Below are positions 23,153 through 37,108 of a stretch of DNA of 64,000 nt, one piece after another; the first letter of the stretch is position 1; each line of letters opens with the position of its first letter. This DNA comes from Bugula neritina. Lineage: Eukaryota > Animalia > Bryozoa. A model generated the notes under the pieces. That model made no database searches. It was not told the DNA's origin and saw only the letters and a program-made list of their open reading frames with translations. The DNA is taken from contig OZ037771.1 of assembly GCA_964035545.1 (NCBI GenBank), forward strand, positions 3,359,628-3,423,627, written 5' to 3'. The translations under genes were made by a program, and so were the position numbers.

Positions 23153-26100
23153 TCACCTCCTAGCATCTAGCACATTTTGGTATATGTTCTCTTCACAGTC
23201 GCTATAATTATTCTGCTGGCCAACATCGTCATATGCTTGCTGTTGGTCATCATATGCTTGCTGTTGGTCATCATATGCTTGCTGTTGGTCATCATATGCT
23301 TGCTGTTGGTCATCATATGCTTGCTGTTGGTCGTCATATGCTTGCTCTTGGTCATAATTTCCTACGTGTTGATCCGTTGTGCCAGTATTGCTAGCAGCAT
23401 AAGTGTATTCCTCTTCACAAGGCTCTCTCTCAGCAACTGCTGGTGATTTGCTGTAATTAGCAGCGGCTTGTAACAACTTAATAGTGTGTTGAAGGCCCTT
23501 TGCAACTGGAGCATTAGTATAACCGTGTCCAGTCTGATTAGTATTAGTATCACTTGTAGTTGCTTGAGAGTTTTCAGTCATCGACAGGTAGGAGGGCTGT
23601 TGGTTGCTGCCATCCATTGGTAAATAAACTTGTTGTGACTCTCTATTAGCTGGTGTTTGCATTTGACTCTCTGTTGGACGTCTTGGGCTAACAATTTCAT
23701 TGTTCTCATATATTTCTTGTTCAACAACTGTAGGAGATGGTGAGAAATTTTCATACACTTCTTGAGTAGATGAATCTTGCATTTCCACATTTTCATAATC
23801 TTCTAAATTCTGGTCATCAATCTAAATTACAAGAACACAAGTTTTTCCTACAAAATTGCGACTGATGACTATAGGCTATGCATTCTGTATATTACTATTC
23901 TATATAATATATATTAATATATAGTTTTTTTAAAACAAGTTAGAAATAGTAAAAGATAATCACTGTACTAACTGGGAGTATACGTTAGAAGGCCATCAGA
24001 ACTTTCAAAGCTATGATAAATTAATTTTAGTAACATAACCTTGTTCAAAATAAATTAGCAAAAAATCCTACAGCCACAAAATTGCCTTTCTCTTGTTGGC
24101 TCATGTTTAAGCTGGGAACAATATAATATTTTCTATAGGATTATCTGCATTTATAATAGTTGCATGTCTTATTTCATTGTTAGAGAAAAGTTGTTAGCAG
24201 CGAAATGTGCACACAGGTGCACACAATATAAATAGGCTGTTTATTATAAAATGTGAATTGTGAAAGAATATATAGAGTGGTAGAGGGTTTTAATTATGAA
24301 GGTACGAAAAACTTAAACCCGGAGCATTTATGAAAAATACATGTTTTAGCTGTTGATATTTTTACCTACCACCATAAATTTGGTGGTAAAACAAGCCATT
24401 TTAAGGATAATCGCCTTTCATCAAGAAAAACTCTAAAAACATTGACATAAGTACCTGGGATTGCAGGGGTTGCAGGGGTTGTATGCTGTCTACTACACCA
24501 TAGTCATCCGCTGGTGGAACGTGAACTCCCTAACAAAAGAGGAAAGAAACATTATCCTCTACTCTCGGACAACACACTATGCATGCATACAATGAGAAGG
24601 CATCAGTTCTGTGACAGCTTTTAAAAAATAATCTACAGACTCCAACAAATGTAAAAAATCTGCATAATGTCACAAAATTTACAAAGTGCACACATGTGTA
24701 GTTTGTAGGTTGTCCCATTTTGATCAACATGTTATATACAATTCAAGCTGAAGATGCATTCATGCTATATGCTATTTATTAGTATGCTTAAGTTATTAAT
24801 ATTACCGGGAGAAAACATTTCTTTATATTGAGAACCTTTGAGTTGAAAAAATAAAAAAAGATCACATGAAAACATATTATCTGATTGGTTCTCTCAGTTA
24901 AGATATGATTGGAGAAAAGTCACTTGAGGTCTGAACACAATTTGAGAAGTTTGTGGCAAGAAAAGAAAGTTAAACTTAAAATTTAGTTGCTTGACCAATA
25001 GTCTGCAAGTGGGTATTGCGAAGTAAGTTTACTTTTGCTTTTCCAGCTGTTCAATAAAATGCAGTTCACTAAGTTCACTAGCTATTTAACTAACACTGAT
25101 TATCAAACTCAAGACAGTAGTCCATCTCGAGAACTTCCTTGCTTTTGTTTGCAGCAAAACATGAGACAGTAACTCTTAAACGAAATAATTTAGTACCTCA
25201 TTCTGTTTCTTGCTAGCTACTAAAATTTAAATTTTCAGTGATTCACTAATAATCAAAATGAAGAAATTATAAGTTGTTAGTTACAATATTTATAGCACCC
25301 CATGCACCACTAGAAGGTTATAAATAGAATTATTGAATAGATTAGTAAAAGATGTAGGAATATTTATTAGATTATTGGAGAGTGTTAGAGCATGTCATGC
25401 TTTAGTAAAAGAAGCATAAGGATGCGTTGTGTTGCTATATCGTTGTATATCCATCATTGGTGAGATGTATCATGCTTTATTAGAAGGTGTAGAAGTATAT
25501 TTCATTACATTCTTAGTGAGTATGAAAACATCTAATGCATTGTTATCTGCTAACCTGTACCGTCCCTTTCGATCCCTTGTAATCATTAAATTTAGTAGGC
25601 CTTCTATTACTTAAATTTTTCAATGAAGGGCGGGCAAATCTTGAACTTCCTTTTTTATCACCAAGCTCTTCTTTCTAAAAGAACAGAGTTAGGATTGTTC
25701 ATCATGAATTTGTAGATTTTACCTAAATCTAAAATTTCTGCTCAACACCTAGGTTTGTAATATTATTGGAAATTCCAACAAGTCCTTCAACATATAACAG
25801 TCTAAATATATTGCATATAAATTTCAGAACTGAGCTAATAAGTTATGATTTAATATTGTTTTTTTTATTCACTTTGTACCCTGAAAAATACTTGCTGGTG
25901 AAACTTTCTATACGTGAAGTTAGCAAAGGAGTTGTGCATACGTGTGGGGTGCAGCTAAATCTGATTAATTCAGATGCTGATTGTGTAATCTATTCAAAAA
26001 TTATACGTATAACTATAATGATTTCATAGCTCTTCGATACAAAATAACTATTAGAAGATACTTTTGATTTAACTAAGACTGTATAATAACATATAACATG

Positions 26101-29100
26101 AAACAAGTTCTACTTTGTAAGAGACACAGAATTTTACATTGAAAAAGATTTTAAAAACTGGGTCAACATCATTTTTCTCAACATTTATATAATGACGGTC
26201 AATATCAACCAATAATGCAGCAGCGAATAATTCAGCTATAGCAGTTGTTTACTAACATTTGGGACCAAAGGTTTTATCTAATCATATGCAAATAACTTAC
26301 TTGCCATTTAATACTGATTCATTGTTTAACAGTTTGAGCAAAAAATAAAGGATTTTAATAAACAAATTATATATCTAAACAAGCAGCACATTTATTCTCA
26401 GCTGTTTTATTCATTTTGTTGGAACATCGTAAAAAATTCAAAACATTCATTTTCAAACAAATTATGCAATGAGCGAAATCATTTGTATTTCAGTATAACC
26501 ACGTTTAAATTTTTCTTTATTATTTCACCATAAAGTATTTGTGCTTTGTTTAACAGTCTGATTATTCAAAGGCTTGTTGGTTATTAAGTGTTAACAAAGT
26601 TATTATCTCTACATGAAGCGAACCAATCTGCTAGGTGGAACTGCAGTTTAACTTCCTGGTTTATTAGTCATCAGAGAGTTGGGGTAATTTTGTTGGTACA
26701 AAGAGAATTGAAAGCAGACAATACGCAGTATGAAGTATTCCTACGCGGTATTCTTCCACGAATTACAGTCGTGAAAATGGGAAAAAATACTTTCCCTTTA
26801 TCCAATAGAATAGAATTAGTTTTAGCATTGTAGGCCCGAACAGTAGTTCATATTTCGCGTATTATCTTCAATCATTCTATAGGTGCTTATCCTTAATTCT
26901 CAAGTACTTGTAAAACTGTATAATAATTATTATATTTTCAAAACAAATTCACCTCTTTACAACATTTTCTACATTTTCAATAGAATTTTATTCTTTTTAC
27001 TTATTTGCTTTAAAGTTCTTCAATAATACTATATAGCAAAGAAAATTATTATTATTACGCGAAAGAAAATACACCTCTAAGGACTATAAAGATCTAAAAT
27101 AGCAACACACCTAGCATGCACGTGGCACACCTCTTATATTATATATTATGGCGATGTAATACAGTGTAAGATGATGCAAGAAAGAGCATCATAATTGCCC
27201 TTTTATAGCCCTCTTATAAACCCTTACCATCTGGGGTACTCACAGGGTACAAACCCTTTAGCATCTGGGGCACTCACAGGGATATAAATTTTATATAAGA
27301 GTGTCATTGCACTAGTACTAAATACATAATATAATTAAGGAGATATTTAGTATTTGTGTTGCAATGTCACAGTTACTTACAAATTTATCCAATGTACGCA
27401 CAGAAAGTATTTCAAGTGCATACATTTTAGATTATTACAAAAAAATATGATTTGTGAAGTTTTTATTTGATCTGTTTAAAGAATAAATGCATCAATAGAG
27501 AAATAATACTCACACCAGGTGGTGAATTGGTCACTTCTGGGTTTCTTCTTCTACATCTTTTACAACAAACCGCAACAAGTATAATAACCAATATCAGAAC
27601 AGCCCCTGCTGGAGGTATAACAACAAGAAGGTAGAAGTTTGGAACAAAAGGAACGCATTTTCCGTCACCAGTAACTTCATATATCTTAAAGAGCAGCTTG
27701 TTGCAGGGATCTTTTTTGGTAGGCGCAGCAGTTGTGCTAGAGAATGCAGTAGTGGTTTGGTCAACACTTGTGGTTGGCATGAAAATTGCTATGCATTTGG
27801 ACGAAATCAGTTCATAACCACATGGACAGCTTCGCACGCAGGTATTGTTGTATACATATGTCTCATTACAAGAGGCTGAGGGTAGAGTTGTGGTACCATT
27901 AACACATGTATCATTTACCACTTGACACCCAGAAACTGTTTCTAACGGGGATTCAATTTTGCATCCTGAATGATGAGTGTCATTTTTTTCTGTGCAGCAC
28001 ATAATGTTCTGGGAACTGTTGCAATAGAAGACTGTAGGTAAGACCATGGTGGTGTTCTGGCTACTGTACGTAGTACTGCCATAATTGGTTAAACTAACAG
28101 TTGTGCAATTGTCTGAATGACAACTACAGTTCGGGTATGTTGGATGTGTTTCCCCCTGTAAAATAGTCAACAAATTTTGAAGGATGTAATATGATGCATA
28201 AAGTAACAAAGAATAGGAGTTTGATTAATTAACAAGTAAACAACAAGCAATTATGAATAATTTGTAATAATGATTAGCCAAATACTAAATAACAACTGTT
28301 TGGTTTAGAAATGAATTAGCAAATCAGGCAGTCAGGAAAAGCAAGGAGTTATCTTTCCTTGTCAACAGAGCATGGTACCCTTTTATCAATAGCCAAACCT
28401 AACATTAACTGCCACATAAACATGTTATCTTTTTAAGCTAGTTCAATGTATTTGAAATACTCGAGGCAAATGATCTAACAAATAAATAACTTAGTCTAAA
28501 AGGCCATGGTAGATTCTAGATTATATAGTCTGCGTTGTCTACAGTCTTTTTAGCTTTCAAATTCATTTAAAAAAATATATTAAACACATTTTTGAATAAA
28601 AAATGTTTGTCCCAGATGAGTCACTTTCTTATAAAATATCAAATTATCTCTTAGCATAAAACATACAAGTTGATAAAGAAAGCAAATAAACTTTGGCTAC
28701 AATTTGCATTACTTAAACTGTATGCTTACTTTCACTGGAGTGCCTTACCTACATATATACACAAGTTCTCTCTCTTTCATATATAGTGGTTTATGATAGT
28801 TATTGTCATAGTTAGCAATACAGAATAGTTGTAACTATTGGCTATATAACTTTCTAACAGGGTTAGGCTGTTATAACTAAGGACATTATAGTTCTATCTA
28901 GAGTCTATCTTATAGCAATGTTCATGCAGCTGGTAGCTTTACGTGGCCCATGAACTACGTTCGTAGGTTCTGTTTTCATCACAAGATCACATTAATAGTC
29001 TCATGTTCTAATATTTCCTGTTGATAAAAAGTAATGCGCATTGTTGCTTCACAGCGATAAGAAATGACAGAGGCTGTGACAATTTGATAATGACTTTGGC

Positions 29101-30438
29101 ATGCACAGTATATTATAATCTACTGTGTTATGTTGTAATATATAAGGAAATGTGATGCATCAAATGCCCTATCCTAATTCACACATTGTTTCAGCAATTC
29201 ACAAAATTTAATTGAAAATGAGTTAACAGTATGGCATTTGCTAAAAAAAACTATAATGCGTAAACCAAGCCTGTCTGTCAAAACCTGGCCTGTAAATTAG
29301 CTTTTTTCCTTGTTTATCATCACTCACAATATTCACAAAGGGTTCGTGGTTGAAGCATTTCATGGGAAGACTACTCAGCTTACTTATTATATCTTCGCAT
29401 TTATATGCTATAATTATTAATAATACTTTCACAAGTTTGATAAAAGTTTAGAAAGTCACTGCAGTTATAAAATATTGTCCGAAATAACTCAAATGCTGTA
29501 CTGCAACAACGAGCATTAAAAATCACTATAAATCTGTGACAGTCTACCATATGTTTATCATCTATATTCTATAACATCATAATGTTTATCATTTTATGTA
29601 TTTGTAACCACTTCACAGCATGCATTACTTGTAGCTTTAAGGAAGATGGCTTGAAACTGTACACTGATAAGATTGAGTTACAAACTAGTTTATAGTGGTT
29701 TATGATTTGTAATAAAACACTATCATCAGAAAATGTTACATAACATTGTAGAGTTTAGATAGTATGTAGTGGTGTGATGTAGCAGAGCAGTTACATGTAC
29801 AATCTCTGAATCTGTTTTAGACTCAGTACCAATATCCTATATATGGAATCTTGTTGTTTCTACATGATTTATAACCAATTCAGACAAACAACTATAACTT
29901 TCAATAATTAGTCTAATAATAATAATAGCATCAAATGCTTGTCTTCCCCAAAGAAAACTCAACAGTTGTACTATATGTTAATTTTTTAATTACCATTATC
30001 ATTATCACTTTGAAACTTCGATAACAATTCAAAAGAGAGAACTGGAGCTGCTTTAATGACTCATTACAGCAGAACCTTTTTGAACTTGAAGTACTTCAAG
30101 TCTAAACTTGTTGTCCAATTCAAGTCACCAAATCTAGTTTGTAGCTATGCACATTCAAGTCATTAAATTTAGTTTGTAGCTACGTTTAAGTCACCAAGTC
30201 TACCAGGTGACACCTGTTTAAATTCAAGTAATCAAGTCTAACTCTAGCGCTCTGATACATTCAAGTATACATAGGCTACATGATTGAGAATGGAGCAATA
30301 TTGGCTACGACCTCCAACACGATATACACAGAATTCGCTACACACCCGCACTAAGAGAAGCTGTAAGAAAACCAGGAGTAGTCCAACGGTGATGCTGCTT
30401 TTCCATCTGCGGTCAACTGATGAAGTTGCTGACACCAT
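23153..30438 (-). CDS. Orphan type-I transmembrane receptor/adaptor, ~530 aa: signal peptide, Cys-rich glycosylated ectodomain, Thr stalk, TM, Tyr-motif-rich tail
   Basis: Phase-0 exons 30346-30438 (tentative signal-peptide exon), 27514-28155, 25555-25674, 24455-24529 and 23153-23821 join in frame. Furin-like CVRSCPCGY motif; TM FYLLVVIPPAGAVLILVIILVAV followed by CCKRCRRR. Confidence 0.8.
23223..23355 (-). repeat. Coding 21-bp minisatellite, ~6 units, encoding (AYDDQQQ)n
   Basis: catatgcttgctgttggtcat repeated on the + strand. Confidence 0.95.
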
Positions 30439-31485
30439 GTTGCATCTGTCTTCTGCAAGTCTCCCACAGGTGAGCGCTGACTTTAACAAGGAAAGCAGAC
30501 TGCGCAATGAGGGCTCCACAGAACGTAATACTTGAGTTTTTATCAGCAGTGAGCTTCAAGTCTCTATACTGTTTACTAAGCAAATATACTTATGCCTCCT
30601 CCTGATATCATACCACTGCTGATAGTGCTTCAAACTTCCTTATTCCACTAACAAACGTTCTGAGCTCCCACTATAACCTTAGCCAGCCAATCACATTGTC
30701 TTTTACATCGAAGCTCTCTGGACATGTATTTTCAATAGCTTTTGGGAAAACAGCTACTACTAGTAAATGGCTTTAGCCTCTTGACCTTCCTCATTGTGTA
30801 GCCTAAGTTCTTATGACTAGTGTGGGGAGAGGGGGTAGAGCATCAGTCCCGTAAATGTGACATGTAAACAGCTATATAGCAAGCAGACGCAGAACTGGAT
30901 GAACAATCATATTACAAAGTACAAAGCAAATATTATGGCTCTACCAACCCGATTGTTAAACTGAAAGAACTTGATTGCTATTATGAGTTGAAAATTCCTT
31001 TCACAGCCACAGCAAGGATAGCAAAAGATGTTGAAAGTGTTTGTATTCATGGAGTTTGTAGGGCGTTTTCTGTGTTCATACAATTCAAAGAGAATTTTTT
31101 GACACAACAAAAGATGTTTAGCTTCTTTGAGTACATTCAAATGGAGTTTAGAATTAGTATCCCTAATTAGGGATGAGTCATATCTAGTGAGCATATTGGT
31201 CTAGCAGGAACCTATAACTAATCCAGGAAAAACAAGTGGCATTAAACAACCGGAGTGCCTCATAATGTAGTCATCCTATATTACAAATGAATGAAATGCA
31301 GTGAAGTAACTTACTAATTGGGAGGGGAAGAGAGAAAGGGCAAAGGTGGGAAGAGCAGTAACAGGAGATTTGAGGTCATACAATGTTTAGACTAATAAAT
31401 AATGAAAGTGTATTAATAGTTTATAAATATCTCCAGAAAAAGGTGATTGACATCATACAATAAAAAGTTGCAGTCTACCAGATGC

Positions 31486-31881
31486 GTATGCTACATGCTA
31501 CATGCTACATGCTACATGTTACATGCTACATGTTACATGCTACATGCTACATGCTACATGCTAAATGCTACATGCTACATGCTACATGCTATATGCATAC
31601 ATGCTACATGCTACATGCTACATGCTACATGCTACATGCTAAATGCTACATGCTACATGCTACATGCTACATGCTACATGCTACATGCTACATGCTACAT
31701 GCTACATGCTACATGCTACATTCTACATGCTAAATGCTACATGCTACATGCTACATGCTACATGCTACATGCTACATGCTACATGCTACATGCTACATGC
31801 TACATGCTACATGTTACATGTTACATGCTATATGCTACATGCTATATACTACATGCTACATGCTACATACTATATACTACA
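31486..31881. repeat. (ATGCTAC)n heptanucleotide tandem repeat
   Basis: About 55 units, degenerate at the ends. Confidence 0.98.
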
Positions 31882-34304
31882 TGTTTTCAAACAAAGAGGA
31901 ACTGAAACAAACCAAGTTTTTTACTAAAAAGTACATGTAATTATATACAAAAACTAAACTTTCAACCTATATTACATGCGCCTATCTTTTATCCTTTGCC
32001 CTATATCCTGTATTATATTCCAATGTACCCTATATGCTATACCCTATGTTAATGCAATACAACATAGGGTACATATATTGAATATAGGGTGTCAGGTATA
32101 GGATATAACAAATAGTGTATTACTTGTCGTCATTTACATGCAGTATTACATTTGCACACCTCTTGGATATGAAAAGACAGGTTTAAAATTGCTGTCAAAT
32201 CATGTTGTTGTTTGCTCTGAAAAAGCAATAGTTGAGCAAAGACTTTTATCAAACTGGTTGCATTATGGGCATCAATTACTGTAGAGAAATTACTACTTTG
32301 ATCAAGCGATGAGGTTAAAACGGTGGGAAGCGGCAGGAACCAGTGAGAAATAGTGAGAAATAATGAGGAACAAGACATGAGGTATAAGCAGGAAAACATA
32401 GCTTTAGTATGCAGTGTGCTGGCTTGGCTTTTAGTTTGTGCTATAATAAACATATTATTACAGTAAACAAATCACAAATACTTTTTGATTAACTAGTATT
32501 GAATTCTACAGCTCAACAACCTTTATACAAAGAAGAAATCTGAATGTAAACATGCATAGGCATGAACATGAATTTATATATTCGTAAAATAATTATGGAC
32601 ATTAGGGGAGGGGTGGTGTATAAACCCGCAATATGGTAAATTAGTTAGGTTGCTGTGAAAGCAGTACTTAATAATATAACATAAGCAATCAGAAGAGGAA
32701 GTATATTGTTATACACTTTAATCTGTTGGGCTAAACTGCTTTGATAAGAATTCCCATATTCCACTGTAGAAGTTTTCTGTTGGTTGTTAACGCACAGCTG
32801 AATGCAATTTAGAGTAGTGCAGTGCACAAATTTGTAAAATAAAACTGCTAAAGTCATTTGAAAAATACACAGTTACATGGATAATTTTATTTTGTGAAAA
32901 ATATCTTTGTAGTAACAGTGGATTTCAAAAATGCTAATTGCAAACCCTATAAGTAGTTGTTCAAAGCATATAAAGCCACAAAAAATATGCATAGGTTGTA
33001 AAATATTATGAGTTCTGGTGCTTTGGAGCTGTGCCAGAAACGTTAAAAGAATAACCTTGTACTTTGTCATCAGCCATCGGGGAAATTGTTAATAAAGTTT
33101 GTTACTGACTAGCCAATCAGGATCTGAGATAAAAATTATATTGTTTTATCATACTCGAGTTAAGCTGACTATTTATAGGAATGCTCTGATTGGCTACACA
33201 GTAGGCCTATATTTGAAGTCGTCTGGTGACAGTTAGATATGCTGTTGACCTTTACACTGGGAAGACTAGACAGTGCCAACATGATAGCATTGAGTAGTAA
33301 GTTATGTAACTTAACCCAGAGCAGATGGCAGAGGAATTTAGCTCTAGTTCTTACTACCCTTTACTAGATTACAGAGGAATGCTGTCTCTGCCTGTAACAT
33401 ATGCATCTGTTTAAACAAGCAACATAACATGATGCTTGTTTTCTGTGATGATGAAATTAATTTCCCTCAAAAAGGGTGTAAATTTCAGAGAATTTAATTG
33501 TTTGGCCATATTTCATCTGCTCCATCATACCCAAGCATCATGATGTTTCCATGTAGCTAAAAGGCATTTGGAATCGGCTACTATTGGAGTAGCTGTGGTA
33601 TGTTTTACAGTCAAGTCTCACAGAGCGTACTCACTATAACTACTTCAAGTCAAACCCGCAGCCTACTCTACTTTGACAGAGCAGTGCCAAAAGAAACTAT
33701 GCTGTTGCTAGGAGCTTATCTTACTGGGTTACTTACATTGGCAGCAACTACAGACTATTACTACAGCAGCAACATCAAAACAAGCACTTCTGTAGTACAG
33801 TCCATATAGCAGGAAATATGAAACTTCGAAATCAACTATACATGAAAAAACTGCAACAGTCACACATCGATAAAATAAATGGTTTGCTAAACGATAATTA
33901 CAACTTATTACAAACACTTTTCAGGAAATTATTCTTATCAAATACCACTGAGATAACTCATGTTTGAAATTCATCAAGTTGAGTTGTTTGTCCGAAAGAA
34001 TGGATCTTAATTTAAATTACTTAAGATAGGTAGTGTGTGCACAACATGTTAATATGATATTGTGATAATGATATGTTATAGTATACCTACCTACTGAGAA
34101 TGCACTAATTTTTGATAAAGCAAATTCATATTAAAAGTCTTTTTAATTTCCTTGTCAATCAAATATGCCATAAAATACAAAACTTTAGACAATTGCAAGA
34201 ACATGCCATTTTATAGACAGAAAGGTAATGCTTTAAAATTGTTAGTTGAATAAATTATTACAGTCCCTTCATAATGCCTAACTTCTTATACAATTAATGC
34301 TATA

Positions 34305-34490
34305 GGCCTAGTTGCTTGTTCACAAATTAAAAATGCTCCTAATCGAGGTCATGGGTTCGAATCCAGGTAAAGCCATTGGTGATATGCTAGGAAGAGCATC
34401 CAGACATAATTGCTCCTTTACGACAATAGAAAGCAAGTTATTAACTCTCTTTGCAAAAAGCCCTTACTATCACGGATGGAGACTTTAAAA
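34305..34490 (+). mobile_element. tRNA-derived SINE (family B), copy 3
   Basis: B box GGTTCGAATCC, then GTAAAGCCATTGGTGATATGCTAGGAAGAGCATCCAGACATAATTGCTCC and 3' GGATGGAGACTTTAAA, matching the reverse complement of 13432-13625. Confidence 0.75.
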
Positions 34491-36111
34491 AAGAGAAGGG
34501 CAGAATAGTAGGCTATCTTAAGCTGTGTTTTTATTTCACTTTTTGTCTATTGTCATATTATTTTAAAATTGCCATCTTTTAGATTGCTATAATATCTTTA
34601 TATAAATATATAAATTAATATTATTTGATATAAATTGCATACTTCATACCAATAGTGCTATGTTATAGTCAGTTATATAATATTGTTAAAAACATAAACT
34701 AGATAACAGAGATTAGAGCCTTAATATATCCACACAATATAGAATAGGACTAATGAATTACAATAATATAGCTATATTGTAAGGTTTCTATAGAAAAGGA
34801 ATCCTGTGGTATAAAGTAAACATGTAGTTTCTATATTTGCCTTAGCAAAGTTGAGTGCATCAAAAACCATATGAATTGCTTAAAAAATATCCAATAATTG
34901 AGCTAAAGTTGGCAGATAATTGCTGCGAGTAGAGTTATGAGAAGCAATACATGAATATATTATTTGTATTAAAGTGTTGCTTATTTATGCTGGGCAAAGT
35001 TTCCTTTCACGAAACTTTTTCAATAGGGTATCTTGTCACACTTGGAAATATTTGCTATGCAAATTATATACAATAAGTAATAAGAAACAGCAGAGTAATT
35101 GAATAATCTATATTTTTTATATGATTGCCCAGTTGATGTTATACTATATAGTTGTGAGGAGAAAATCCCTGAGTAGAAGACAAATTCCAAGACTATTAGT
35201 GTACACTCGTGTAATCAATACCGCAGTATCGGTGAAGCGTGTTGTACAATTTAGACTTTATCTTCATCGTAAAGTTACCAATTTCAATCTTCTTTGCAAG
35301 CTAGATCTTAAATAGTCTATATAAGCCGCGCAACTTTATAACATTTGTTGCATTTCTAACAGTCCAATAAGACATAGTTATAGTTATAGTTGGACTTAGA
35401 ATAAACAATTACAAACATTTCACTCTGTCTGCTGACCCTGCCATTGAATGTAAGAGTAAGAGTATATTTTAATTATAGCCTGGAGAGCCTTAGAATTATT
35501 ACTTCAAGTAAATATAATTATGATAACGTTTGCAAAATGGTGAATTTGCTTGTTGATCATCAGTGTTGACTGACTTTCACTCTAATTCTAAACTTAGTCT
35601 GACAATGACTCTAAAGTTATTAGTTAAAATTTAAAACTAAAAGTAAACATTAAATTTGAAATAAAAGACTACAAGTGAAAGTAAAACTTTAACTTGAAAT
35701 TAAAGCTGTTTTCATTCTGAGTCTCATACTCATAATTATACTAATTCTCGTAAGTCATGCTCATACTGATACTCATACTGATACTGATTTTGGTAGCCTA
35801 ATTTCTACAAGTACATAATGATAATGATAAACATTACTCATCACTGCACTAGCACAGCCACATATCAATAAAAATATAATTAGCAGCTACTAATAGCTAT
35901 ACTTATAAAGTTATACGTCTTATACTGAACAGCAAAATTAAAATTAATTTTTATTATATATTAAATGAATATAGTTGAATATTAATATCATTATCAGTAT
36001 TATAATAAACATAAACTTTGTTTAAATCTAATATTATAAAATTAAATAATCAATAATGATTATCAGTAGCATATGAAAATGTTCAACACAAGAATTCAAT
36101 CCTGTTCACAG

Positions 36112-37067
36112 ATGCCAGTTGGTAATAAAAGTCAACGTTCAAGAGTTCAGGGCGGCTGGGCAAAACCATCATCAGCAGTAAGCAAACCCAGCAGTAAACA
36201 ACGTGAGGAAAAAGCAAGTGAGAACATTCAAAAGCTGCCTGTATGGGTGGGAAAAGGAAGTGGGGTTGATGACCCTCCTAACATAGCTATACGTTTCCAG
36301 CAGCCAGACGAAAAGGTAGACACCCGTGGATGAACCCATGTTCCTATGCCGATGTTATGAATTCTCTGACATTTTGATGTATTTATTTTTTGCTGTAGAT
36401 GATTCATAATTTTTTTTACCTATTTTTTACAATTTACTAAACACCTGATATATCAATGTATCATTTATTATCTAAATATTTTGTTTTATTTCAGGATTTA
36501 AAGTTAGATGATACTCATACCAGATTGATAACGTGAGTTAGTTGATACGTACTCTGAGATAAATCTAACTTGTGTAACCTATATCAGAATGTGTGTGTAT
36601 ATTCAGCATGATAAGTATAATATAACATTCTGGTAGAAATTGAAGTTCATGCATTCGCTAACAGATATATAAAAATTGCTTTCTGCTCAGTCACATGCAT
36701 TCTGATTGATATTAATAAAATTTGTATTTGCTGCTTACATGCTTTTAGACTGAATTATATGCCAATGATTTATATCCTGGTGAGTCAGATTTAGAATATG
36801 TATTGTGGAACTATTTATCTGATGTATTTCTAGGGAGCCTGGTGTGTATGATCTGAGTGCAGAACCAAGTGGGGTATCAAGGTACTCTATTGTTGATACT
36901 ACTTCTACTACTACTACTACTACCTGCTACTGCTACTGCTGCTACTACTACTACTGCTACTACTACTACTGCTACTACTACTACTGCTACTACTACTACT
37001 GCTACTACTACTACTGCTACTACTACTACTGCTACTGCTACTACTGCTACTACTACTACTGCTACCG

Positions 37068-37108
<41 letters not shown>

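Noticed and set aside
23167-23446. Repeat ORFs MMTNSKH and LLLVIIC
   Set aside because: Alternative frames of the 21-bp coding repeat.
30907-31194. Possible retroelement ORF relic
   Set aside because: No recognisable RT or endonuclease motif.
31447-31940. MLHATCY-repeat ORFs (apparent Cys/His metal-binding protein), or a CRISPR-like array
   Set aside because: A stop-free 7-bp repeat opens all three frames. There are no spacers, no splice context and no cas genes.
33600-33809. Possible signal-peptide exon (MLLLGAYLTGLLTLAA...)
   Set aside because: No convincing donor or downstream exons found, so it cannot be supported.
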